This document shows, piece by piece, positions 1 through 9,960 of a stretch of 64,000 nucleotides of DNA. Numbering within the stretch: the first letter of the stretch is position 1; every line of letters starts with the position of its first letter. The position numbers and the translations under genes were made by a program. The stretch is from the IMG/VR virus record IMGVR_UViG_3300031912_000001; one strand, 5' to 3'. The notes under the pieces are model-generated. The model saw nothing but the letters and a program-made list of their open reading frames with translations. It searched no databases and was not told the origin of the DNA. The stretch comes from an uncultured virus (IMG/VR IMGVR_UViG_3300031912_000001). Lineage: Duplodnaviria > Heunggongvirae > Uroviricota > Caudoviricetes.

Positions 1-61
1 CTTTTGCGCTCGCCATCTGCATATTTGCTGTAGCCGGTTAATAACCAGGCCAGAGCGATTT

Positions 62-412
62 CTACGTTTGCGTGTACGTGGGAGTGACGACAAGTTGTCC
101 TTGGGCTGACATCACTACGGAGGTAATTGCGGCCTTATCAATCATCGTGTTACCGGTGGCTGCAGAAGCAAGTAATATGTAGGTATATGTGGCGGCGGCG
201 ACATTAATTGTGACGGCGCTGCCGTTGCTGACTCCGCCGCTCCCGGCGGTCCAGGTGGTCTGTTGTCTGGCATACGCGGGCGAGCCGCCCGATGCCTCGT
301 TGGCGGGTGTTGAGGTGGTGCCGGGGTCGCCGGTGCATACGCCGATCCAGGTGCCGAGGGTGGCGTAGGTGTTGGCGAGGGATTGGCGGGTGGTTGCGAC
401 TGCGATGGCCAT
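62..412 (-). CDS. small virion fibre/decoration protein (NExSGGxxAYAR motif family)
   Basis: 116 aa, beta-rich, motif NEASGGSPAYARQ; leaderless ATG 6 nt after a -10-like hexamer. Confidence 0.6.
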   Translation of the reverse strand: MAIAVATTRQSLANTYATLGTWIGVCTGDPGTTSTPANEASGGSPAYARQQTTWTAGSGGVSNGSAVTINVAAATYTYILLASAATGNTMIDKAAITSVVMSAQGQLVVTPTYTQT

Positions 413-442
413 GCGCGCAGGATGGCACCGTATTTACCGTGG
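413..442 (-). promoter_or_regulatory. putative late promoter CCACGG-N12-CATCCT, leaderless
   Basis: Minus strand CCACGG TAAATACGGTGC CATCCT GCGCGC ATG; same motif and spacing at three other structural-gene promoters. Confidence 0.6.
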
Positions 443-459
443 ACACGGTAGGCGCGCCG

Positions 460-1953
460 CTAGCTCGGGTTGAGTGCGACCGCGCAACTGTTCCAGGCAG
501 TATTTGCAAGGTGGGTGGCGCTGAAGATGACGCTGGCCGCGCCGGGCGCGTCCCCGGCGACGATGGCGCCGTTGTAGCTGCCGCCGGCAAGGTTCCAGTG
601 TTGGGTCTGGTTGTAGGCCGACCAGGTGTCGTTGGTGACGTCGTTGAACGCCTGCACGATCATGCCGTTGGTGACGCCTGCCGTCACGGTTTGCGACGCC
701 CCTGCGGCTGTGCCGGACGCGGTGCCGCCCAGCGCGGTGCTGACGACGCCGCGGTAGGAGAAGCTGGTCATGTAGCCGTAGACGGTTGAGCTGGACCCGG
801 TGCAGTTGATGGTGACGGTCTGGCTTCCGGTGGGCAGGCTTGTGGGCGGGCTGATCATGAACATCACGAGCCAGGCGTCATAGCTGCTGTATACGCCGGT
901 CTTGATGGCGTACACCGGCGTCCCCATGCTCGTGGACCCGACGGTGCCGGTGAATACCGGGGTGCCGCTGCCGGTGAGCACGATGAAGCTTCCGATAGCG
1001 ACGAGGCAGTTCGCTGTTGCGCCGATGACGTGTGCTTCGCTCAGTGGCACCGTTATCTGTGCGCTGACCGCTCCGAGGCTGTCGAAGAAGACTTGTGGTG
1101 GTGGTGGGGTGTTGGACCATTCCAGCAGGGTGTAGCCCTGCGCTCCGGCTCCGCCGTTGCCGAAGGTGCTGGCGTTCCAGCCCCCGCCCCCGCCCCCGCC
1201 GCCGTACATGCCGCCGTTGCCGCCGACACCTGATGCTCCGGAGGCAGGGCCACAGCCGCCACCCCCACCCGCGCCGCCGTTGGTGGAACCGGCGCTGCCC
1301 GGGGTTGCGCCGTTGATGACGCTGGTGGTGCCACCCGCGCCGCCGGTCACGGTTTTCGACGAGCCGCCCTGACCGCCGTTGCTGTAGGCGTAGTAGGAGC
1401 CGCCGCCGCCGCCGCAGCCGACGTTGTTGGTGGTGTCGCTGACACCGGGACCGGCGAGGCCGCCGGATTGTTCGCCGCCGCCCTGGCTGCCGGGCGCGGT
1501 GGTGGCGAACACGCCGCTAGCCGTACAGGTGCCACCGGCCCCACCGTTCTGTATGACGTTGGCGGCGGCGGGTCCCGGCTGGCCACCGCCCGCCGACAGC
1601 GACACCGACCCCGACGAGAAGGTACTTGCGCCCCCGGCGGTGGGTGTGTTGGCGCCCCCGGCACCGACGACCGTGGAGTACGTGGCTCCGAGCAGGCTTT
1701 TTGGTATCCACGTTCTGGAGACTCTGCCGCCCCCGCCGCCGCCGCAGCCGTTTCCGGTGTTGGCCGCGCCCTTCGACCCGCCGCCGCCGCCGCCAATCAG
1801 CGTGACGTACACCCCGCCCGTTGATGGCAGCCCGGCGGGGATCGGCTGGTTGGTGCGTGCGGTGTTTTCCTCGCTGAAGTTCGCCCAGCCGACGAACGTG
1901 ACGCCGTGGCGTATGCCGGTCGGGTTCGGGTAGCCCCGGCCCCACCGGACCAT
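460..1953 (-). CDS. glycine-rich minor tail/fibre protein
   Basis: 497 aa; GGGGG-rich N-terminal domain plus a beta-rich C-terminal domain; tail-gene context. Confidence 0.7.
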   Translation of the reverse strand: MVRWGRGYPNPTGIRHGVTFVGWANFSEENTARTNQPIPAGLPSTGGVYVTLIGGGGGGSKGAANTGNGCGGGGGGRVSRTWIPKSLLGATYSTVVGAGGANTPTAGGASTFSSGSVSLSAGGGQPGPAAANVIQNGGAGGTCTASGVFATTAPGSQGGGEQSGGLAGPGVSDTTNNVGCGGGGGSYYAYSNGGQGGSSKTVTGGAGGTTSVINGATPGSAGSTNGGAGGGGGCGPASGASGVGGNGGMYGGGGGGGGWNASTFGNGGAGAQGYTLLEWSNTPPPPQVFFDSLGAVSAQITVPLSEAHVIGATANCLVAIGSFIVLTGSGTPVFTGTVGSTSMGTPVYAIKTGVYSSYDAWLVMFMISPPTSLPTGSQTVTINCTGSSSTVYGYMTSFSYRGVVSTALGGTASGTAAGASQTVTAGVTNGMIVQAFNDVTNDTWSAYNQTQHWNLAGGSYNGAIVAGDAPGAASVIFSATHLANTAWNSCAVALNPS

Positions 1954-2474
1954 TAGACCTCGATGATGACGTAGGAGACGAAGCTGACCGCCACCGCCGA
2001 CAGCGGGGTGAGGCGCACCCGCAGATAGTTGGTGGCCGGGACCTCCGCGTCACGGCCCAGCGGGTACTGCTTGTTGGTCCACAGGCCGCCCTCCCATTTG
2101 AAATCCAACAACCTGGTGGCGGTGATGGTGCCCTCGGCGGCGCTGGCCGCGAGCCCGAACCCGCTGGCGCTGGTGCCCAGCGTGAACGGCGGGGTGTCGG
2201 TGATGCCGGTGTTGTTGAACCGCGGGATGTCACCGGCAACGTAAGCGGTCAGCACCGCGGCTGGCACTGTCCCGGTGTCGATGAGTTCGATCGCGCACGG
2301 CACCGGCGCGGCGGTCTGCAGCGAGTAGCCCCATTCAACGACGGTCACCCGCTGGGTCGGTTTGATCTGCTGAAGCGTGCGGGTGGTGTTGGCGACGGCT
2401 GAGGACACCGCAGGGACGGGCGGCGCGGACAACGCGGCGGTGGTGGCCGACCACAGTGTGAACAAGGATGACAT
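1953..2474 (-). CDS. putative virion protein
   Basis: 173 aa, translationally coupled within the tail module. Confidence 0.5.
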   Translation of the reverse strand: MSSLFTLWSATTAALSAPPVPAVSSAVANTTRTLQQIKPTQRVTVVEWGYSLQTAAPVPCAIELIDTGTVPAAVLTAYVAGDIPRFNNTGITDTPPFTLGTSASGFGLAASAAEGTITATRLLDFKWEGGLWTNKQYPLGRDAEVPATNYLRVRLTPLSAVAVSFVSYVIIEV

Positions 2475-2487
2475 GATGTTTCCCTTC

Positions 2488-3168
2488 TCAGGTGACGGCT
2501 GCTCTGGTTATAGCGACATCGACCACGCGGCCGGGTGCCGACACGCTGGCGGTGGCCGACAACGTGCCGGCGCCGGCGAACGCGGGGAAGCTGGCCAGGA
2601 ACGGCGCCACGGTCACCGACAGCGCACCGTCCCCGGCCAGCGCCGCAGCGGGGCTGTAAAGCTGGCTCCAGGTTGTTGTGAGCGCGCCCGCCCCGGACAG
2701 TGCCGGGGACGCCAGCGGCAGCGCGACCGCGGTGACGGTGCCGCCGCCGGACAGCGACACCGGCATCGGGTAGAGCTGCATGGCGGTCACCGCGAAGCTG
2801 CCCGCCCCGGACGGGGCGATCGGAATCGTGTAGACGGGCACCGGCACGGCGGCCAGGGTTCCGGTGCCCGACAGGCCGATCGCGGCGAGGAACTGCTGCA
2901 CTGCGAGCGCGGTGATCGACCCGACCCCGGTGGTGTTGATGTTCAGGGTGTATTGCGGGTTGGGAATCGCGACCAGTGACCCGCTGCCCGACGATGTCGC
3001 CGACACGGTGGGGCCGCCTGAGGCCGTGACGGCCAGCGCGCCGATCCCGTTGAACGGGGCGGTTTCGTCTTCGATCTGTCGGATCAGCCCCGTCAGTGAG
3101 CCGGGCGCCCCGAACGCGGGGATCGCCCCGGCGCCGACGACCACGTTGGCCGACAGTGTGCCTACCAT
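2488..3168 (-). CDS. repeat-rich minor tail/fibre scaffold protein
   Basis: About 10 repeats of (L/F)xGxGxLxA spaced about 20-22 aa apart. Confidence 0.6.
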   Translation of the reverse strand: MVGTLSANVVVGAGAIPAFGAPGSLTGLIRQIEDETAPFNGIGALAVTASGGPTVSATSSGSGSLVAIPNPQYTLNINTTGVGSITALAVQQFLAAIGLSGTGTLAAVPVPVYTIPIAPSGAGSFAVTAMQLYPMPVSLSGGGTVTAVALPLASPALSGAGALTTTWSQLYSPAAALAGDGALSVTVAPFLASFPAFAGAGTLSATASVSAPGRVVDVAITRAAVT

Positions 3169-4082
3169 GTCGCCGCCCGCTGCACGGCCCGCGAGATGAC
3201 GACGCCGGCGATGGGCGCCTCGACGACCGCGGACAGGGTGCCCGTCCCGGCCAGCGCCACGGCCGGTGAGTACAGCTGGGTGACGGTGATGCCGAGCGTG
3301 CCGGCGCCGCCTTGGCCGGCCGGTTGGCCGTAGGACTGCATGACCGCGGTGGACAGCGCCGACCCGCCGGTGTATCCGGCGGTCTCGAGGTAGCGGGCGA
3401 CCAGCGCCGCGCCGATGGCGCCGGAACCGGCCAGCCCGGCCAGGCTCTGATACAGCGCGAACGCGGCGCCCGACAGCGCGCCGGAGCCGACGAGTTGCGG
3501 CAGTTCGGGGTAGACCGGGCCGGTGGAGACGCCCGACAGTTCACCGAATCCCGACAGGCCGGCCAGCACGTCCTCGAGCTCGGAGAGCAGGCTGGCGACC
3601 AGGGTGCCCGACCCCGACGCCGCGATCAGCTGCGTGTACACCTGATACCACCAGGCGGACAGGCCGTCCCCGGCGGACCAGCCGCCCTCGGTGGCGGCCG
3701 CGAACATGCCGGTGCCGGCGAACGCGGCGACCAGGCCGGTGGGTGGGATCGCGAACGCGGTCAGGGTGCCGTCGCCGGACCACGGCTGCGCCCACGGCGC
3801 GATCTGGCTAAACGACGTGGACAGCAGCCCGCCGCCGCTGAACCCGACGATACCGATGTTGTAGTGCACGGTCAGCGGCACCGCGAGGTTGCCGACACCG
3901 GCGAGCGGGGCCGGGGTGGGGACGATCGGTTTGATGGTGACGGTCAGGGTGCCACTGCCGGAGTGGATGGTAATGTGCGGCAGAATCCAGCCTTGCTGGG
4001 GGTAGAAGTTGACGACGGGGGACACCGCCCAGCCTTGTGGCGGCGGGACGGTTACGGTCGGGACGTCGACAACCCAGCCCAC
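3162..4082 (-). CDS. repeat-rich minor tail/fibre scaffold protein
   Basis: About 13 repeats of the same GxGxL motif; C-terminus resembles that of the 2488..3168 protein. Confidence 0.6.
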   Translation of the reverse strand: MGWVVDVPTVTVPPPQGWAVSPVVNFYPQQGWILPHITIHSGSGTLTVTIKPIVPTPAPLAGVGNLAVPLTVHYNIGIVGFSGGGLLSTSFSQIAPWAQPWSGDGTLTAFAIPPTGLVAAFAGTGMFAAATEGGWSAGDGLSAWWYQVYTQLIAASGSGTLVASLLSELEDVLAGLSGFGELSGVSTGPVYPELPQLVGSGALSGAAFALYQSLAGLAGSGAIGAALVARYLETAGYTGGSALSTAVMQSYGQPAGQGGAGTLGITVTQLYSPAVALAGTGTLSAVVEAPIAGVVISRAVQRAATW

Positions 4083-4370
4083 TCAGGCGATCTGTTCCCA
4101 GCCCGCCAGGGTGGGCTGCAGGTCGTTCCACTGGGTGCCGTCCGGGCTCGACACCCGCCACATGTGCAGACCGTCCACATTCGCGCGTACCGCGACTGCG
4201 CCGGTCTTGGGGTCGCGGCGCAGCGTGCCGACCGGATCACCGCCCATGACATTGCGGTAGGCGGCCAAGATGGCCCCGACCTGCGCGGCGGTGAACGGTG
4301 TTTTGGCGTCTGGTTCGGACGCGACGTGGGCGATCTGCTCCATCTGCGCGTCGTTGGGCATCTCTATCAC
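4083..4370 (-). CDS. small conserved tail-region protein
   Basis: 95 aa, GDPVGTLRR...GAVAVR...W motif, a type often seen after mycobacteriophage minor tail genes. Confidence 0.5.
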   Translation of the reverse strand: MIEMPNDAQMEQIAHVASEPDAKTPFTAAQVGAILAAYRNVMGGDPVGTLRRDPKTGAVAVRANVDGLHMWRVSSPDGTQWNDLQPTLAGWEQIA

Positions 4371-6979
4371 GACATACTCCTATTGACGAGGGCCACCTCG
4401 AAGTAGCAGGTCCCCCCGCTCGGGTCGCCGATGGCGCCGAACGCGACGCCGCCGTTCTGGTAGCCGGGGCTGATGACGTCACCGGCCTTGAGGTAGATGA
4501 GGGCGGTGCAGCCCTCACCGGTGGGGGCCTGCGCGCCGAAACCGGAATACGTCCCGGTGCCGCCCATCGCGCGGACCCCGACGTTGTTCTTGATGATCGC
4601 CGCCGCGAACTGCCCGTTGTTCTGGTTGCTGTTGTAGCGCAGGCTGACCGCGTAGGTGCCCTCCACGCTGATGGTGAGCTGGTACAGCCCGTCCCACGTC
4701 AGGTCCGGTGAGCAGAAGTCCAGGGTGTCGAAGAACCCGGCCGGCGTGATGATGTACGAGTTGGGGTTGGGGCCGACGGCGAAGTTGACCGTGCCGGTCG
4801 AGAGCCGGTACACCCGGAACGTGGAGCCGACCACCGGGGGTGGGGCGTTGTCGGCCACCGCCGTGCCGGCGATGGTTCCCCCCGACGACGGTCCGGTCAC
4901 ACAGGTGTTCTTGGCGCCCCAGTTGCGATAACCCGGCCCGAGCTGGCTGGCGGTGCCGGCCTCGATGTAGTCCAGCACCAGCTGCGTACCCGAGAACACC
5001 TGATAACGCCTGGGGTTGCCCTGCGCCCCGAACACGACCATCATGTTCGTCGACCACGTGAGCGCGACCCCGGACACCCAGATGGTTTCCACCCCGGCCA
5101 CGGTGCAGCCCAGGTCGGCCTCATACGTCAAAAACCCGGCGTTGTACGCGCGGCCCCACACGAAGTTCTGCGGGTTGTTGGGGTTGTCCACCCGGCCCAG
5201 CGCGTACATGTACGGGGTTCCGCCGGTGGACGCGCCGCCCGGCGCGGAGTTCATCGCACCCGATACCCGCTGGTAGTCGGTGTTGGTGGGCTCGGTGTTC
5301 CAGATGGCGTACGCCTGCCGGTTGCCGTCGTTGTTCAGCGGGAACCAGCCGGCCAGCCCACCCTTGATGCCCAGTTTGGAGGTGCCGGTGCCGGTGTAGG
5401 TGACGGTGAAGTTGGACGGCAGCGGCCCGTCGGGGTAGTTCGCGAAGTCGACGGACACGGACACACCCGACACCAGCGCGCTTCTGGCCTGCACCTGCAT
5501 CGCCTGGATCGCCTGCGTGTTGTTCAGCATGTTGTTGTACAGGCTGAACATCGACGAATTGGCTTGGTTCAGGGTGCTGCCGGTGTACATGCCCGACACG
5601 CCGACCAGGGTGTTGGTGATGTAGTTGGTCAGGGTCTGGATGTCGGCGATGTTGCTGATGCCCAACAGGCCGGTCGGCACCGAGCTGATCGCGAGGATGC
5701 CGGACGTGATCTTGGTGGCGTCCAAGCCGGGAACGTAGTTGGCGCCGATCAGACCGGTCGCGCCGAGCCCCTGCATTCGGTTGCTCATCGGGGTCAGCGC
5801 GGTGCCGATGTCGTAGTAGGTGCCGTCGGCCATCGTGTTGGCCATGTTCTGCACATCGGAGGACAGCGCGCGCGAGTCGACGTTGGTGTTCAGGTTGTTC
5901 AGGTCACCGGGCAAACCGGCGGTCCAGCTTTCGGCCATCAGCTGGGTTTTGGTGACCGACCCGTCGTCCCAGTTGACCGTCCCGGCGGTCGCCGCGGGCA
6001 ACACGTTGAGCTGCAACCTGATCCCGTCCACCCCCGACGACGGCACCGTGTAGCTGCCCTGCAGCATCGTCCACCCGGCATCGGTGGTCGGGTTGAGCAC
6101 CGAGTTCAGCACCGTGGTCGCGGCGATCGCGGTGCCCAGGTAGGACACCAGCGACAAGTTCATCGTCGCGCCGACCCCAGCCAGCCCGGTCCATTCCAGG
6201 TAGATCGAACAGGCCAGACTCTGGCCGGCCGCGACCGGGATCACCGGATCGGTCAGCAGGCTCTTGGGGGTGCCGTCCGCGGTGACCTTCACCGACCCGG
6301 ACCCGTCGGCGGTGCGGGTGACGGTGCCGTCCCACGTCCAGATGCCTTGGCCGTCCACGGACACCGAGCTGGTGAAGTTCGGGTTCGACAAAAGGTTCGG
6401 GTTGGTGTTGGCCACCGAGCTCACCGGGACCAGCGGGGTCAGAAACGCCGACAGCACCCCGGTGATGATCTCGGCGGGGATCGCGACGATGCTCAGCATC
6501 GATTGCGGGAACGTGCCCGACGTGACTTTCGAGGCGTCCAACGGCGGAATGTTGTTCGGGTAAGCCTGCTGGGTGGTCGGGTCCATCGGCGTGAGCAGGT
6601 TCGTCGGATTCAGCAGGTTCAAGACGAAGTTGATGATCGACCCGAACAGGTCGAACCCGCCGGTCCCCGGACTCTGCGGCCCCGACCCCGCCGCGGGTGA
6701 CTGCATCCCGTTGAACGCCAGGTTGTCTTGGTTGTAGCTAGCCAGCTGATTGAGGCTGCCGCCGTTAGGGTCCGGCGCCGCACCCGTGCCCAGCACCGTG
6801 TCGATGACCGAGTTGAACCCGCCGGTGACCACCCCACCGGTGCGCTGGGCCTGCTGCCCGATGACGTCCTCGACACCCTCGTCGAGCTGGTTCATCGGGT
6901 TCTTGTCGACCGAGAACTTGTTGGTGCCCGACGCCGAGTTCGACCCGGAGAACAGATCAACCGCACCGAAGGAGGTCAC
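4367..6979 (-). CDS. minor tail protein with carbohydrate-binding-like and C-terminal beta-sandwich domains (possible receptor-binding protein)
   Basis: Likely GTG start at 6979 (GTGA overlap); NLLSNPNF CBM-like domain; LDA(S/T)K(V/I)TSG repeats. Confidence 0.7.
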   Translation of the reverse strand: MTSFGAVDLFSGSNSASGTNKFSVDKNPMNQLDEGVEDVIGQQAQRTGGVVTGGFNSVIDTVLGTGAAPDPNGGSLNQLASYNQDNLAFNGMQSPAAGSGPQSPGTGGFDLFGSIINFVLNLLNPTNLLTPMDPTTQQAYPNNIPPLDASKVTSGTFPQSMLSIVAIPAEIITGVLSAFLTPLVPVSSVANTNPNLLSNPNFTSSVSVDGQGIWTWDGTVTRTADGSGSVKVTADGTPKSLLTDPVIPVAAGQSLACSIYLEWTGLAGVGATMNLSLVSYLGTAIAATTVLNSVLNPTTDAGWTMLQGSYTVPSSGVDGIRLQLNVLPAATAGTVNWDDGSVTKTQLMAESWTAGLPGDLNNLNTNVDSRALSSDVQNMANTMADGTYYDIGTALTPMSNRMQGLGATGLIGANYVPGLDATKITSGILAISSVPTGLLGISNIADIQTLTNYITNTLVGVSGMYTGSTLNQANSSMFSLYNNMLNNTQAIQAMQVQARSALVSGVSVSVDFANYPDGPLPSNFTVTYTGTGTSKLGIKGGLAGWFPLNNDGNRQAYAIWNTEPTNTDYQRVSGAMNSAPGGASTGGTPYMYALGRVDNPNNPQNFVWGRAYNAGFLTYEADLGCTVAGVETIWVSGVALTWSTNMMVVFGAQGNPRRYQVFSGTQLVLDYIEAGTASQLGPGYRNWGAKNTCVTGPSSGGTIAGTAVADNAPPPVVGSTFRVYRLSTGTVNFAVGPNPNSYIITPAGFFDTLDFCSPDLTWDGLYQLTISVEGTYAVSLRYNSNQNNGQFAAAIIKNNVGVRAMGGTGTYSGFGAQAPTGEGCTALIYLKAGDVISPGYQNGGVAFGAIGDPSGGTCYFEVALVNRSMS

Positions 6980-8511
6980 CGGCCTATCGCCCTTCTGCGG
7001 CGGGTGACAGCCGGTCCGGCCAGCCCCGGGGTCACGAACGTCGTAGGCTCGCTGACCGGGACCACCATGACGAAGCACTGCGCATCGGTCGGGGAGAAAA
7101 TGTACAAACCGATCTCCCCGTCGTTGTAAAGATTCACGTAGATGGTGCCCTCGGCCGGGGAGCTGTGGTTCGCCGGGACGACGGCGATCCCGTTGGTGGG
7201 GGTGATCGCGCTGCCCGGATCGGACGGCGACGACCAGTGAGGCATTATGTTCACCTCACCCAAAGTGTTACCGAAACCTCGAGCGATCGATGTGCCGGCG
7301 GTCGGATCGCCGAGGCGGACCTCACAACCGATCTGCAGCGGATTGAACGACAACTCCAGCCCGAACGCCCCGATATGCCCCCACACGATCGGCGTCCAGG
7401 GAAACGGCTGCGGCGGGATCGCGAAGGACCCGATCGCGGCGCGCTGCGAAATGCCCGAGAAGCTGGTGAACGCCGCCTCGGGCATCGAATACGGTGACGG
7501 GATCAGCTGGCTGATGCTCATCGGCGCCCAGATCGGGTAGGCGATGGTGGCGCCGTTGACGACCGGCGGGGTCTGCCCGGTGCCCGGGGTGCCGGTGTCG
7601 ACGTAGGTGGTCTGCGGCGCCATCACGGTGTGCAGCGCGACGTCCTCCTGCCCCGACACGCCGCCGCGGTAGATGTTGTACTGGACCGCGGCGGGGACCG
7701 CGTCCCACGCCAGGTACACCTGCGAACCCGGCCCGACGGTGATGCTGGCCTCATTGGATGCGGTGGTTTCACCGTTCGCGGAGAACGCGGTCACCATGTA
7801 GTACTGCGGCCCGATCAGAGTGCCGCCGCTTGACGAGCCGGTGACCTGCAGGTTGGTCGGCGGCGCCAGGTGCATGGTGACGGTGCGCCCAGCGTAGGCC
7901 AGCACATCGCCCGGTTCGGGCGGGTTGGTCGCGAAGTCCACATCCGGGCACAGCGCCAGCGCGGGCGGCGGGCCGGCCGGGCCGGGCGGCACCGCCAGGT
8001 TCAGCGTCCAGCTCGGCTCCAGCGGGGTGCCGCCGGTGACGATCGTCGAGTTCTGGTCGGGGGGGACCAGATTCACGAACGGGGTGATGATCGGGCACGG
8101 CCCCGGCGGGCCGGGGGTGCCCAGCATCACACGGCGCCACGACGTGCCGTACCACACATAGGCCGACGCGCCGATGATCGCTCCTTTGGAGTCCACATCA
8201 TCCAAAAGCCAAAACTTGCCGATGTCGGCGACCGTGTTGGTCAAGGTCTGCGGCAGGTCCGCCGGGTCGTCCACACTGGTGTCGGTCATCAGGTGCAGCG
8301 CGAACGCCGCCGGGCCGGGCGGGCCGGTCGGGCCGATCACCGCGGGGAACACCAAAGAGCCGATGTCGCCGTAGATTTCGTAGGTCCCCGAGAACGGGGA
8401 GCCCAGCGCCTGATCCGGCGGGATCACCGACCCGAACAGATAGGTGCCGACCAGGTAGGACGCCAGGAAGTTCTGGTCGCCCGGTGACACGGGCAGCGCG
8501 GTTGTCATCAC
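6976..8511 (-). CDS. minor tail protein with collagen-like GPxGP segments and a fibronectin-III-like insert
   Basis: GPTGPPGP; LAPPTNLQVT...YYMVTAF...LAWDAV...YNIYRG; paralog of 8518..9960. Confidence 0.7.
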   Translation of the reverse strand: MMTTALPVSPGDQNFLASYLVGTYLFGSVIPPDQALGSPFSGTYEIYGDIGSLVFPAVIGPTGPPGPAAFALHLMTDTSVDDPADLPQTLTNTVADIGKFWLLDDVDSKGAIIGASAYVWYGTSWRRVMLGTPGPPGPCPIITPFVNLVPPDQNSTIVTGGTPLEPSWTLNLAVPPGPAGPPPALALCPDVDFATNPPEPGDVLAYAGRTVTMHLAPPTNLQVTGSSSGGTLIGPQYYMVTAFSANGETTASNEASITVGPGSQVYLAWDAVPAAVQYNIYRGGVSGQEDVALHTVMAPQTTYVDTGTPGTGQTPPVVNGATIAYPIWAPMSISQLIPSPYSMPEAAFTSFSGISQRAAIGSFAIPPQPFPWTPIVWGHIGAFGLELSFNPLQIGCEVRLGDPTAGTSIARGFGNTLGEVNIMPHWSSPSDPGSAITPTNGIAVVPANHSSPAEGTIYVNLYNDGEIGLYIFSPTDAQCFVMVVPVSEPTTFVTPGLAGPAVTRRRRAIGR

Positions 8512-8517
8512 GTCCTC

Positions 8518-9960
8518 CTACGGGATATGCGTCACGTTCGCCGACAGGGTGCCGGTGCCGCGCAGCGGCGCGCCGGGATGCCACGTAGCCGACAGGGTGC
8601 CGGCGCCGGCGAACCGCGCGGCCCACGACGTGTGCGCCGACAGCGTGCCCATGCCGAGCAGCTGCCCGGCCGCGTTGCCCATCGACACACCCTTCTCGGC
8701 GAACGCGTAGAAGAAACCCTCGCTTCGCAGCAGCGGGTACTCGGCGCGCTGCGGCTTGCGGGGGATCGGGCCCAGCGGCAGCACCATGATGAACAGCTGC
8801 GCCCCGCCCGGCTGGAAGAAGTACAACCCCAACTGGCCGTCGTTCCACAAATTCACATACAGCGTGGAGTCCGCCGGGTTGGTGTGATTCGCCGGGATCA
8901 TCGCGTACTGGTTCTTCGGGGTGATCGCCTGACCCTGGCTGTTGGCGGTCGACCCGACGTTGTTGTAGCTGGTCGAATAGTGCGGGAAAATGTTGACGTG
9001 CCCCAACATGGTGCCGATCCCGCGGCTGATCATCTTCCCGTTCGCCGGGTCGCCGAGCAGCACCTCGCAGCCGATCCGCAGCGGGTCCGCCGACAGGTTC
9101 AGGCCCGTCTCCCCGATGTGCCCCCACACGATCGGCGTCCACGGGAACGGCTGCGGCGGTAACGTGAACGAGCCGACCGGCGCCTGCTGCGCCACCCCGA
9201 AATAGCCGGAGAACGCCGCTTCGGGCATCGAGTAGGTTTGCGGCAGCAGCGCGCCGATACCCTCGGGCTGCCAGATCGAGAACCCGCTCTCGGTGTACTT
9301 GCCGGTGAACCCCATCAGGTCGCCCGTCACCGGCGTCTTGGTGACCTCGTCCACGTCGGGGAAAATGTAGAGCGGGGTGATCGGACCGACCGGGCCGGCC
9401 GGCGCGGCCAGGAAGAACTCCCACGTCGGCTCCAGCCGCGGACCTGAGGTTTGGATGTAGCTGGCGTTGACGTTGCCCTTGTCGTCGTACTGCGGGATCA
9501 GCTCGACCTCGGGGGTGATGTCGGGCACCGGCCCCGGCGGCCCGTACGCGCCCATCATCAGGCGCCGATAGCTCGTGCCGTACCAGATGTAGGCGGACTG
9601 GCCGACGATGTTGCCGAAGTCGTCGAGATCCTCGAGCAGGTAGTAGCGGCCGATGTCGGTGGGGCTGTTCGACAGGATCGGCAACTGGGCGGGGCTGAAG
9701 ATTTCGGGGTTGATGGATTCGCGGACCGCGAAGCTGATGTCCCCCGCAGGTCCCTGCGGCCCGGCCAGCGCGTCGCTGTTCAGATCACCCTGGTCGGCCA
9801 TCACCTTCAACGCGGCGGTGTACCCATTGGGGGTGTCGGGCATCGTCGTCAAAGCCGACACGTCGACCTTCACCACCACCGAACCCAGCGGCACGATCTC
9901 CCCGATGGACGGCGGCGCCGGCGTCGGAACGGCCAGCGGGTCAAACGACGGGGCGCTCAT
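8518..9960 (-). CDS. minor tail protein (paralog of the neighbouring gene)
   Basis: Shares YSMPEAAF and PPQPFPWTPIVWGHIG blocks with 6976..8511. Confidence 0.7.
   Translation of the reverse strand: MSAPSFDPLAVPTPAPPSIGEIVPLGSVVVKVDVSALTTMPDTPNGYTAALKVMADQGDLNSDALAGPQGPAGDISFAVRESINPEIFSPAQLPILSNSPTDIGRYYLLEDLDDFGNIVGQSAYIWYGTSYRRLMMGAYGPPGPVPDITPEVELIPQYDDKGNVNASYIQTSGPRLEPTWEFFLAAPAGPVGPITPLYIFPDVDEVTKTPVTGDLMGFTGKYTESGFSIWQPEGIGALLPQTYSMPEAAFSGYFGVAQQAPVGSFTLPPQPFPWTPIVWGHIGETGLNLSADPLRIGCEVLLGDPANGKMISRGIGTMLGHVNIFPHYSTSYNNVGSTANSQGQAITPKNQYAMIPANHTNPADSTLYVNLWNDGQLGLYFFQPGGAQLFIMVLPLGPIPRKPQRAEYPLLRSEGFFYAFAEKGVSMGNAAGQLLGMGTLSAHTSWAARFAGAGTLSATWHPGAPLRGTGTLSANVTHIP

Noticed and set aside
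6976..9960. Paralogous tail genes as a diversity-generating retroelement template/target pair
   Set aside because: Both are full genes, differences are not adenine-specific, and no reverse transcriptase is present.
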